A DNA stretch of 64,000 bases from Acidobacteriota bacterium. Lineage in GTDB: Bacteria; Acidobacteriota; Vicinamibacteria; Fen-336. The notes beneath the pieces were generated by a model. It had not been told where the DNA came from. It was given only the letters and a program-made list of their open reading frames with translations, and did not search any database. The translations under genes were made by a program, and so were the position numbers. This document shows, piece by piece, positions 37,169 to 44,283 of this stretch (the first letter of the stretch is position 1; the number at the start of each line of letters is the position of its first letter). The DNA is taken from assembly GCA_003223555.1 (NCBI GenBank), contig QHVM01000082.1:163762-227761 (forward strand). The letters run 5' to 3'.

Positions 37169-37624
37169 ATGGCGGAATCCGACAACAAGGGCATCGTGGG
37201 GACAGTGACCTCAGGCGTGGGCTCGGCGGCCAGCACCGTCGCCTCGGGCGTGGGGTCGGCCGCGAGCACGGTGGCGTCGGGCGTCGGCACGGCGGCGCAG
37301 AAGGTCGGCTCCGTGGTGGGCACCGCGGTCGGCAGCGCGGCCGGGGCGGTGGCCGGTGTGGCCAAGAAGGCGGTCCACGCGGTCGGAGTCGGTGGGTCCG
37401 AGAAGCCCGCATCCTCGACGGCGGCTCCTCGCAAGCCGCCGCGCGCCCGTTCCCGCGCCCGCGGCACGCGCGCCACCACTTCGCGCAAGGTGCGGGGAAG
37501 CCGCTCGCGCGGGCGGCCGGCGAGGGGACGCAAGGCCGGCGGCCGCGCCTCTGCGTCGCGCCGTATACGGGGCCGGGCGCGGAGCAAGCCGCGCGCCCGC
37601 CGGCGCACGACGCGCAAGAAGTAG
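37169..37624 (+). CDS. Small repetitive basic protein: Gly/Ala/Ser/Val-rich tandem-repeat N-half and Arg/Lys-rich C-terminal tail (histone-H1/AlgP-like charge pattern)
   Basis: Strong RBS (CAGGAGG then 7 nt then ATG). 33-nt in-frame nucleotide repeats encode SGVGSAASTVA x2. The C-terminal 70 aa are >40% Arg/Lys. Confidence 0.5.
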   Translation: MAESDNKGIVGTVTSGVGSAASTVASGVGSAASTVASGVGTAAQKVGSVVGTAVGSAAGAVAGVAKKAVHAVGVGGSEKPASSTAAPRKPPRARSRARGTRATTSRKVRGSRSRGRPARGRKAGGRASASRRIRGRARSKPRARRRTTRKK

Positions 37625-37629
37625 CCCAG

Positions 37630-38850
37630 CTAGCGCCGCAGGCGCCGGCTGCCCCGGCGGTCCCGCGTGTGCCGGCGCTCCGGGTACACCATCAGGCTGG
37701 CTCGGGTCAGCGTGCCCTCGCCGAAGCGCCGGTCGACGGCGTCGCGCACCTGGTCGGCCGCGCTGGCGGCCGCCGCGAACAGATCGAGCTGCGTCCCGGC
37801 CCCGAAGCCGGAGGTGTAGATCCCGAGCAGGCGCACCCGCCGCTCGCCATGCACGCCTTCGAAGAGCCGCCAGACGACGCGGAAGAGGACGTCGCCGGCG
37901 TCGGTCGGCTCGGGCAGCGTCTCCGCGCGGGTGAGGGTGCGGAAGCCCTCGTCGCGGTACTTGAGCGTCAGCGTGCGCGCGCGCAGGCCGTGGCCACGCA
38001 GGCGGCGGGCGACCGCATCGGCCAGGTCGAGGAGCGTCCCGCGCAGCGCGGCGAGGTCCGAGACGTCCTTGTCGAAGGTATGCTCCTGGCCCAGGCTCTT
38101 GGTCTCGCCCGGGTCGGCCACCACGGGGCGATCGTCTTCCCCCCGCGCCAGCCGCATCAGGTCGTGCCCGTGCGTGCCGAGCCTCCGGGCCAGGCGGCCG
38201 GGGTCGAGGGCGGCCAGGGCGCCGATCGTGTGGACGCCGAGCCGCGTCAGCTCCTCCTCGGTCTTCGGTCCCACCCCCCACAGGCGCCGGATCGGCAGCG
38301 GAGCCAGGAAGGCCGCCTCGGCGCCGGGCCGCACCACCACGAGACCGTCGGGCTTGCGCATGTCGGAGGCGACCTTGGCCACGAGCTTCGACGTCGCGAC
38401 GCCGACCGAGGCGGTGAGGGCGGTCCGCTCGCGAACCGCCTCCTTGAGCCGCCGGGCCACCGTCTCGCCGTCGCCGAAAGCGCGGCGGCTGCCGGTGACG
38501 TCGAGGAATGCCTCGTCGATCGAGACCGGCTCCACGCAGTCGCTGAAGCCGCCCACGACCTCCATCACCTCCTTCGAGACTGCCGCGTACTTGTCCATGT
38601 CGGGGTGGACGTATACGCCGTGGGGGCAGCGCTTCCAGGCCTGTGAGATCGGCATCGCGCTGGAGATCCCGAACGCCCGCGCCTCGTAGGAGGCGGTCGC
38701 GACGACGCCCCGCCCTCGCCCGCCTCGGGGGTCGGCGCCCACGACGACCGGCCGGCCCTTCAGCTCCGGGCGGTCGCGCTGCTCGATGGCGGCGTAGAAG
38801 GCGTCCATGTCCACGTGCAGGATCGTCCGGACGCCCGCCATGGAAGGCAT
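37630..38850 (-). CDS. dinB: DNA polymerase IV (DinB, Y-family translesion polymerase)
   Basis: ILHVDMDAFYAAIEQRDRPELKGRPVVVG… is the canonical DinB N-terminus. Start taken at MPSMAGVRT (38850); 38841 is also possible. Confidence 0.88.
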   Translation of the reverse strand: MPSMAGVRTILHVDMDAFYAAIEQRDRPELKGRPVVVGADPRGGRGRGVVATASYEARAFGISSAMPISQAWKRCPHGVYVHPDMDKYAAVSKEVMEVVGGFSDCVEPVSIDEAFLDVTGSRRAFGDGETVARRLKEAVRERTALTASVGVATSKLVAKVASDMRKPDGLVVVRPGAEAAFLAPLPIRRLWGVGPKTEEELTRLGVHTIGALAALDPGRLARRLGTHGHDLMRLARGEDDRPVVADPGETKSLGQEHTFDKDVSDLAALRGTLLDLADAVARRLRGHGLRARTLTLKYRDEGFRTLTRAETLPEPTDAGDVLFRVVWRLFEGVHGERRVRLLGIYTSGFGAGTQLDLFAAAASAADQVRDAVDRRFGEGTLTRASLMVYPERRHTRDRRGSRRLRR

Positions 38851-38885
38851 TCTACCGGGCTGGGGTGCCGGCTTCGGCCCGGTGG

Positions 38886-39170
38886 TCAGTGACCGAGCGT
38901 GCGGCAGGACCCGCTGCTGACGCACGGCTTGTCGGGCTCCATGATGCAGCGGTCGGAGCCGCCCGGGACGCTCAGCAGCTGGAGGCTGGGATGCGTGTGG
39001 ACGTGGACCGCGGCCGGCGCCGCCGTCCGGAGGCGGCCGGCCTGGAGCCGGGCCACCGCTTCCTCGAGGGCGGACACCCGCGACTCGAGGTCCGCCGTGG
39101 CCGGCGTCCCGCCCTCGCGGATCTGGGAGAGCACCTCCTCGGTCAGCTCGCGGATGCGATTGTCGTCCAC
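38886..39170 (-). CDS. Small BMC-operon protein (94 aa): N-terminal amphipathic encapsulation-peptide-like helix plus C-terminal His/Cys-rich tail
   Basis: MDDNRIRELTEEVLSQIREGG (amphipathic helix) … HVHTHPSLQLLSVPGGSDRCIMEPDKPCVSSGSCRTLGH. Last gene of the coupled BMC operon. Confidence 0.5.
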   Translation of the reverse strand: MDDNRIRELTEEVLSQIREGGTPATADLESRVSALEEAVARLQAGRLRTAAPAAVHVHTHPSLQLLSVPGGSDRCIMEPDKPCVSSGSCRTLGH

Positions 39171-39194
39171 CAGGCGATTCTAGCGCCGGCCGGG

Positions 39195-39467
39195 CTAGCC
39201 CGCGATCTCGACGGAGTCCACGATCCCCACGATGGCCGCGTCTACCCCGGCCAGGCCGCGGTCGAGCGCCATCATCGCCGCCTTGCCGTCGAGGACCAGG
39301 AGCACGCGGTCGCCGACCCCGGCGTCGACCGCGTCGATGGCCATCACCGCGGGGCCGCGGTCCTGGCCGTCGAGGTCGAGCGGCTGGGCGAGGAGGAGCT
39401 TGGCTCCTTCGAGCTTGCCGTTCTTCTGCGTGGAGACGACGCTGCCCACGACGCGCGCGATCAGCAT
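39195..39467 (-). CDS. BMC vertex protein (BMC-P, EutN/CcmL/PduN family), copy 1
   Basis: MLIARVVGSVVSTQKNGKLEGAKLLLAQPLD… is the EutN/CcmL signature. 90 aa. Confidence 0.88.
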   Translation of the reverse strand: MLIARVVGSVVSTQKNGKLEGAKLLLAQPLDLDGQDRGPAVMAIDAVDAGVGDRVLLVLDGKAAMMALDRGLAGVDAAIVGIVDSVEIAG

Positions 39468-39733
39468 CAGGACGTGCTCCAGTGGTCGACGATGCCCACG
39501 ATGGCGGCGTCGGTCGGGACCTCGGCGGGCAGGAAGGGCAGGGCGGCCTCGCGCCCGCGAACGTAGAAGACCTCCTCCGCCGCTCCCGCGCCCACCGAGT
39601 CGACCGCGACCAGTGGCCGGCCGCTCGGGGCGCGGTCCGGGCGCAAGGGCTGGATGACGAGCAGCTTCGTTCCGGCGAGGCCGGGGTCCTTGCGGGTGGC
39701 GACGACGGTGCCGATGACGCGGGCCAGGAACAC
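39467..39733 (-). CDS. BMC vertex protein (BMC-P, EutN/CcmL family), copy 2
   Basis: MFLARVIGTVVATRKDPGLAGTKLLVIQPL…; its stop overlaps the next start by 1 nt (TGATG). Confidence 0.85.
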   Translation of the reverse strand: MFLARVIGTVVATRKDPGLAGTKLLVIQPLRPDRAPSGRPLVAVDSVGAGAAEEVFYVRGREAALPFLPAEVPTDAAIVGIVDHWSTS

Positions 39734-39736
39734 GGC

Positions 39737-40006
39737 TCAGTCCTTCACTTCGACGGTGTCGACGACGCCCACGATGGCCGCGTCCACCGGACAGTCCTTG
39801 AGGCCGGAAGCCATGCGGGCCGAGGAGCCGCTCACGACGAGGACGCGGTCGCCGAGGCCGGCGTCCACCGTGTCCACCGTGACCACGTATCCGGCCTCGT
39901 CCTTGCCGCGGGGGTCGATCATCCGCACGAGGAGGAACTTCGAGCCCAGCAGGCGCTCGTCCTTCCGCGTGGCGACCACCGTGCCGACCACCCGCGCGAG
40001 GATCAT
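39737..40006 (-). CDS. BMC vertex protein (BMC-P, EutN/CcmL family), copy 3
   Basis: MILARVVGTVVATRKDERLLGSKFLLVRMID…. Confidence 0.85.
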   Translation of the reverse strand: MILARVVGTVVATRKDERLLGSKFLLVRMIDPRGKDEAGYVVTVDTVDAGLGDRVLVVSGSSARMASGLKDCPVDAAIVGVVDTVEVKD

Positions 40007-40033
40007 GAGGGAGAGCCGGGGCCGGGAGGGGGT

Positions 40034-40318
40034 CTACTTCGCCGCCTTGCCGATGGGCAGCACGTCCTCGAGGTTGGCGTGCGGCCGGGGGATCACGTGC
40101 ACGGAGACCAGCTCGCCCACCCGCCGGGCGGCCGCCGCGCCCGCGTCGGTGGCGGCCTTGACCGCCGCCACGTCGCCGCGCACCAGGGCGGTCACATAGC
40201 CGGACCCGATCTTCTCGTAGCCGACGAGGGTGACCTTCGCCGCCTTCACCATGGCGTCGGCGGCCTCGATCATCGCCACCAGCCCCCGGGTCTCGATCAT
40301 GCCCAGCGCTTCACCCAT
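40034..40318 (-). CDS. BMC hexamer shell protein (BMC-H, PduA/CcmK/EutM family, Pfam00936)
   Basis: [77 protein letters not shown] is the near-consensus BMC-H sequence. Confidence 0.92.
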   Translation of the reverse strand: MGEALGMIETRGLVAMIEAADAMVKAAKVTLVGYEKIGSGYVTALVRGDVAAVKAATDAGAAAARRVGELVSVHVIPRPHANLEDVLPIGKAAK

Positions 40319-40375
40319 GCTGCCTCCCCTGAACGGCCAATGCGGTCAGACTCTGGACCGGCGCGTGGCCGGAAG

Positions 40376-41149
40376 TCAAGTACGGAAGCGCTCGATCGCT
40401 TCCGCCAGCAGGCGCACCAGCTCCTCGCGGCTGAGGCTGAACCGCGCGGGCCCGCCCTCCGCGCCGGCGGCCAGCGTCGGCGAGGGCCGCGGCTCCGGCG
40501 CGCACACCGGCGGAGGGTAGCCGGCCGGCTCGCGCATCGCCGCCAGCCGCTCGACGTCGGCGGCCGGGAGGTGGCCCTCTCGACCCAGCAGCCGCGCCAC
40601 CAGCGCCACGCGCGCCACCTGCTCGAGGGTCTCCATGCGCTCCCAGGCCTGGTAGAGGTCGACCCCGACGGAGAGGGCGCCGTGGTTGGCGAGCAGGAGC
40701 GTCTGGGCTTCGCAGATCGCGCGGCCGACGTTGTCGGCCAGCTCGGAGGTCGAAGGCGTGCCGTAGGGGATCACGGGCACCACGCCGAGCGTCACCACCG
40801 CCTCCGCGGTCAGCGGCCGGTCGAGCGGGATCCCGGCCACCGCGAAGCCGGTGGCGGTCGGGGGGTGGGCGTGCACGACCGCGCCCACGTCGCTCCGGCG
40901 GCGGTAGACCGCGGTGTGCATGAGGACCTCGGTCGAGGCGCGCCCCCCGTCGAGGGGCCGGCCCTCGAGGTCGGTCCTCACGATGCATTCGGGCGCGAGG
41001 AAGCCCTTGCAGACCGCGGCGGGCGTCACGTAGAGGACGCTTCCGTCACGGACCGAGATGTTGCCCTCGTTGCCGCCGATGAGCCGGCGGGCGTAGAGCC
41101 GCCGGCCGACCTCGACCATATCGGCCCGGATCCGGTCGCTGCCGTTCAC
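40376..41149 (-). CDS. Class II aldolase/adducin-family enzyme (fuculose-/rhamnulose-phosphate aldolase-like) with Pro-rich linker and C-terminal encapsulation-peptide-like amphipathic helix
   Basis: GNEGNISVRDGSVLYVTPAAVCKG…, VVHAHPPTATGFA and LANHGALSVG are class II aldolase motifs. C-terminus PAGYPPPVCAPEPRPSPTLAAGAEGGPARFSLSREELVRLLAEAIERFRT. Confidence 0.85.
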   Translation of the reverse strand: MNGSDRIRADMVEVGRRLYARRLIGGNEGNISVRDGSVLYVTPAAVCKGFLAPECIVRTDLEGRPLDGGRASTEVLMHTAVYRRRSDVGAVVHAHPPTATGFAVAGIPLDRPLTAEAVVTLGVVPVIPYGTPSTSELADNVGRAICEAQTLLLANHGALSVGVDLYQAWERMETLEQVARVALVARLLGREGHLPAADVERLAAMREPAGYPPPVCAPEPRPSPTLAAGAEGGPARFSLSREELVRLLAEAIERFRT

Positions 41150-41412
41150 GGGCCGGGGGGCAGGGCCAGGGCGCGGTCGCGGCAGGCCGGCGAGCAGAAG
41201 TGCATCTGGCGGCCGCCGACGACCGCGCTCACCGCGCGCTCCCGGGGGAGGAAGGTGTTGCAGATGCGGTCCCGCACCATGTCGACGCCGGGGGCGGGCG
41301 TGGCGGCCGGCGGCTCGCGCAGGCCCTCGACCAGGCCGGCCACGAACCGCAGCCCGATCCGGACGAGGAAGAGCGCGACCAGGAAGCGGACGAAGGCGAC
41401 GATGAGGATCAC
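41146..41412 (-). CDS. Membrane-anchored YHS/TRASH-domain (metal-binding zinc-ribbon-like) protein. Start taken at GTG 41412, which gives a GTGA overlap with the upstream TPR gene
   Basis: One TM helix (VILIVAFVRFLVALFLVRIGLRFVAGL), then VRDRICNTFLPRERAVSAVVGGRQMHFCSPACRDRA (YHS pattern C-x2-…-FCS-x2-C). GGAGG lies 5 nt upstream of the GTG. The longer ATG-41505 ORF would overlap the TPR gene by 97 nt. Confidence 0.55.
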   Translation of the reverse strand: MILIVAFVRFLVALFLVRIGLRFVAGLVEGLREPPAATPAPGVDMVRDRICNTFLPRERAVSAVVGGRQMHFCSPACRDRALALPPGP

Positions 41413-42026
41413 GACGGCCTCCGGCTGGCGCGCACCTGGTCGATCTGCTCGCGCAGGCCCCGGAGCTGCGGATCGTCCGGATAGCGCTTGATCAGCCCTT
41501 CCCACACCGCCACCGCGTCCTTGGGCCGGCCGGTCTGCATGAGCGCGATACCCTTGTTGTAGAGCGCCTTCTTGTGGCCGGGGTCGCTGGCCAGGGCCCG
41601 GTCGAACTCGGCCAGCGCCTCGCCGGCCTTGCCGGCGCTGACGAGGCAGGCCCCCAGGTCGACCCGCACGTCGTTGTTGTCGGGCGCGAGCGCGAGAGCC
41701 TCCCGGTACCAGCGGGCCGCCTCGTCGAACTGGCTGTGATCCATGAGCAGGTTGCCCAGCTCGATCCGGGCCTGGACGTTTGCCTTCTCGCGCGCGGCCA
41801 GGGACTCAAGCGCCCGCACCTCGTTGGGGTCCGGGGTCGCGGCCGCGCCGGCTCGGGCGCGTCCGGCCGCCGGCGCCGGCGCCACCTCGGCCTCGGCCGT
41901 CGGCGCGCCCGCGCCCGGCGGCGGCACGCGCGACTCCGCGTGGTCGCCGAGGCCCGCCGCCATGTAGCCGAGCACGAAGCCGAAGACGATGCCGGCCACC
42001 GCGTAGATCATCGGGTCTTTATTCAT
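41409..42026 (-). CDS. N-terminally membrane-anchored TPR-repeat protein, first gene of the BMC operon
   Basis: TM helix MIYAVAGIVFGFVLGYMAAGL, an Ala/Pro linker, then TPR helices (ARIELGNLLMDHSQFDEAARWYREALALAPDNNDVRVDLGACLVSAGKAGEALAEFDRALASDPGHKKALYNKGIALMQTG…). Confidence 0.7.
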   Translation of the reverse strand: MNKDPMIYAVAGIVFGFVLGYMAAGLGDHAESRVPPPGAGAPTAEAEVAPAPAAGRARAGAAATPDPNEVRALESLAAREKANVQARIELGNLLMDHSQFDEAARWYREALALAPDNNDVRVDLGACLVSAGKAGEALAEFDRALASDPGHKKALYNKGIALMQTGRPKDAVAVWEGLIKRYPDDPQLRGLREQIDQVRASRRPS

Positions 42027-42425
42027 GCGGATGCGGCGCGCTCCGCTCCGCGCATGAAGTCATCAAGCGCACGCGGCCGGGGTGAACCCGTCCGCGTGCG
42101 GCAGAGGAAACGCTCCGCTGCGCGCGCCGGACGTTCATGCCGGACATGCTCCGGTCCACGGCATGCGGATGCGGCGCGCTCCGCTCCGCGCATGAAGTCA
42201 TCAAGCGCACGCGGCCGGGGTGAACCCGTCCGCGTGCGGCAGAGGAAACGCTCCGCTGCGCGCGCCGGACGCTCGCGCCGGAGAGGTGTGAATGCGCGCA
42301 CTTCGCTCCGCGTAATCCGAATGCGGCACGCTCCGCTTCGCGCGCCGGACGCTCACAATCAAGATGCTGCTCGCCCTGCGCTGCGCGCGCCGAGCGTTCA
42401 TGCCGGAAGCGTCTCCTGTCCACGG
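42024..42425. repeat. Repeat array filling the ~400-nt spacer upstream of the BMC operon: two tandem 118-bp units plus 1-2 degenerate units of the GCTCCGCT-core family
   Basis: Units begin CATGCGGATGCGGCGCGCTCCGCTCCGCGCATGA at 42024 and 42142. Each has the hairpin GCACGCGG-CCGGGGTGAACCCGTC-CCGCGTGC and the right-end motif GAAACGCTCCGCTGCGCGCGCCGGACG. Further partial copies run to 42425. ORFs 42023..42301 and 42201..42401 are repeat artefacts. Confidence 0.85.
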
Positions 42426-43553
42426 CTACCGGCGGTCTAGGGGGACGTACACGACGTCGCGCGGGCCGGTGTACTCGCTCTCCGGGCGGATGAGGCGGTT
42501 GTTGGCGAGCTGCTCGAGGACGTGGGCCGTCCAGCCGGCGATGCGGGACACGGCGAAGACGGGCGTGAAGAGGTCGGTGGCGATCCCGAGGCTGTGGTAG
42601 ACGGAAGCGGAGTAGAAGTCGACGTTGGCGTTCAGGCCCTTCTGGGCGCGCATGAGGCCTTCGATCTTCTCCGAGAGCTCGAACCACCGCCGGTCCGCCC
42701 CTGCTTCCCCGAGCTGGCGCGACATCCGCCGCAGGTGGGTCGCCCGGGGGTCTTCCGTCCGGTAGACCGCGTGGCCGAAGCCCATGATCTTCTTCTTCGC
42801 CCCGAGGGCCTCGCGCAGCCACGGCTCGGCCCGCTCGGGCGAGGCGATCTCCTCCAGCATCTTCATCACCGCCTCGTTGGCCCCGCCGTGAAGCGGGCCC
42901 TTGAGGGTGGCCAGGGCGGAGGTGATGGCGCCGTGCAGGTCGCCCAGGGTGGAGGCGGCGACGCGGGCGGCGAAGGTCGAGGCGTTGAACTCGTGGTCGG
43001 CGTGCAGGACGAGGGCCATGTCCATGGCCCGCTCGGCGGTGGCGGGCGGCCTCTCCCCGGTGAGCATGAACAGGAAGTTGGCGGCGTGGGAGAGCGCGGG
43101 ATCGGGAGGCAGGACCGGCTGGCCTTTCCTGACCCGCTCGACCAGCGCGACGAGGGTGGCCATCTGGGCGGTGAGCCGCAGCGCCTTGCGCGCGTTGGCG
43201 GCCGGGGTCTCGTTGCCCGCGTCGGGATCGAAGGCTCCCAGGGCGGAGACGAGCGTCCGCAGCGACGTCATCGGGTGCGTGGCCGGGGGCAGCAGGCGGA
43301 GGAGGGCCGGCACGGGCGCGGGCACGGCGCGCTCCCGCACCAGCTCGGAGGTGAAGGCGGCCAGCTCCGCCCGGCGGGGAAGCTGGCCCCGGTGGAGCAG
43401 GAAGGCGACCTCCTCGAAGGTGGAATGCTCGGCCAGCGCGTGGATGTCGATGCCCCGGTAGGCGAGGAGGCCCCGCTCCCCTTCGATGGAGCAGATGGCG
43501 CTCTCGCCCGCCACGACGTTGCGCAGCCCGGTGCCCGGCTTCACGGTGTCCAC
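42426..43553 (-). CDS. Citrate synthase (~376 aa, probable GTG start at 43553 preceded by GGAGG)
   Basis: GLRNVVAGESAICSIEG…, GHAVYRTEDPRA and …DFYSASVYHSLGI are citrate synthase signatures. The longer ORF N-terminus (to 43709) is not conserved. Confidence 0.85.
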   Translation of the reverse strand: MDTVKPGTGLRNVVAGESAICSIEGERGLLAYRGIDIHALAEHSTFEEVAFLLHRGQLPRRAELAAFTSELVRERAVPAPVPALLRLLPPATHPMTSLRTLVSALGAFDPDAGNETPAANARKALRLTAQMATLVALVERVRKGQPVLPPDPALSHAANFLFMLTGERPPATAERAMDMALVLHADHEFNASTFAARVAASTLGDLHGAITSALATLKGPLHGGANEAVMKMLEEIASPERAEPWLREALGAKKKIMGFGHAVYRTEDPRATHLRRMSRQLGEAGADRRWFELSEKIEGLMRAQKGLNANVDFYSASVYHSLGIATDLFTPVFAVSRIAGWTAHVLEQLANNRLIRPESEYTGPRDVVYVPLDRR

Positions 43554-43677
43554 TCGCGGCCTCCGCGCGATAAGTGAACCATTATTCAGTCGCGCCGCGG
43601 GCGGCGTCAAGGCGCGCGGTCTGGGCGCCCGGATCGGCCAGCGGTAAGATGCGGCAGCGTCCGGGAGGAGGCCCGCC

Positions 43678-44142
43678 ATGATCAAGCTCGAGCGCATCCT
43701 CGTCCCCACCGACTTCTCGGAGAGCGCCCGCCACGCCCTCAGCTACGGGATCTCCTTCGCCGAGGAGTTCGAGGCCGAGCTGCTCCTGCTCCACGTCGTG
43801 GAGACGATCCCGGTCGGCTACGCGAGCGACCTCTTCCCGGTGCCGATGGCCGAGGTTTTCCAGGAGATGTCCGGCTACGCCAAGGCCGAGCTGGCCAAGC
43901 TGGCCGCCCTGGCCCGGGAAAGGAAGGTCGCGGTGCGCGAGATGGTGACCCAGGGCAAGCCCTCGGCCGAGATCGTCCGCGTGGCCCGGGAGGAGACCGC
44001 GGACATGATCGTCCTCGGCACCCACGGCACCGGAATCCTGGACAAGGCGCTCTTCGGGTCGACCACCGAGCGGGTGGTGCGCAAGGCGCCCTGCCCGGTC
44101 CTCACCTGCCGCCTCTCCGAGCACGAATTCGTTAACGGGTGA
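43678..44142 (+). CDS. Universal stress protein (UspA family)
   Basis: MIKLERILVPTDFSESARHAL…LLLLHVVE…MIVLGTHGTGILDKALFGSTTERVVRKAPCPVLT. Confidence 0.85.
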   Translation: MIKLERILVPTDFSESARHALSYGISFAEEFEAELLLLHVVETIPVGYASDLFPVPMAEVFQEMSGYAKAELAKLAALARERKVAVREMVTQGKPSAEIVRVAREETADMIVLGTHGTGILDKALFGSTTERVVRKAPCPVLTCRLSEHEFVNG

Positions 44143-44283
44143 ATGCGGCGCGCTCCGCTACGCACTCTTCGTCATCCAGCGTCTCGCCTCGGAGTGAATC
44201 CTCGGCGAGACGACCAGCGAAATGCTCCGCTCCGCGCGCCGGACGCTTCATGCCCGAGGACGTGACTCGCGACGCGCCGGTCG
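44143..44283. repeat. Single copy of the GCTCCGCT-core intergenic repeat family
   Basis: GAATGCGGCGCGCTCCGCTACGC…CTTCGTCATC…hairpin CTCGCC-TCGGAGTGAATCCTCG-GCGAG…GAAATGCTCCGCTCCGCGCGCCGGACGCTTCATGCC. Confidence 0.8.

Noticed and set aside
38850-38886. Possible read-through from the TGA of the small BMC-operon gene into dinB (checked because two other TGAs in the window appear to be recoded)
   Set aside because: The dinB start codons (38850/38841) are in a different frame from the small gene. No redox motif is interrupted, and no hairpin follows this TGA. It is an ordinary stop.
42023-42401. ORFs 42023..42301(-) and 42201..42401(-) with an internally duplicated peptide (ERPARAAERFLCRTRTGSPRPRALDDFMRGAERAAS x2)
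   Set aside because: They lie entirely within the tandem 118-bp repeat array upstream of the BMC operon. The duplication in the peptide reflects the nucleotide repeat.
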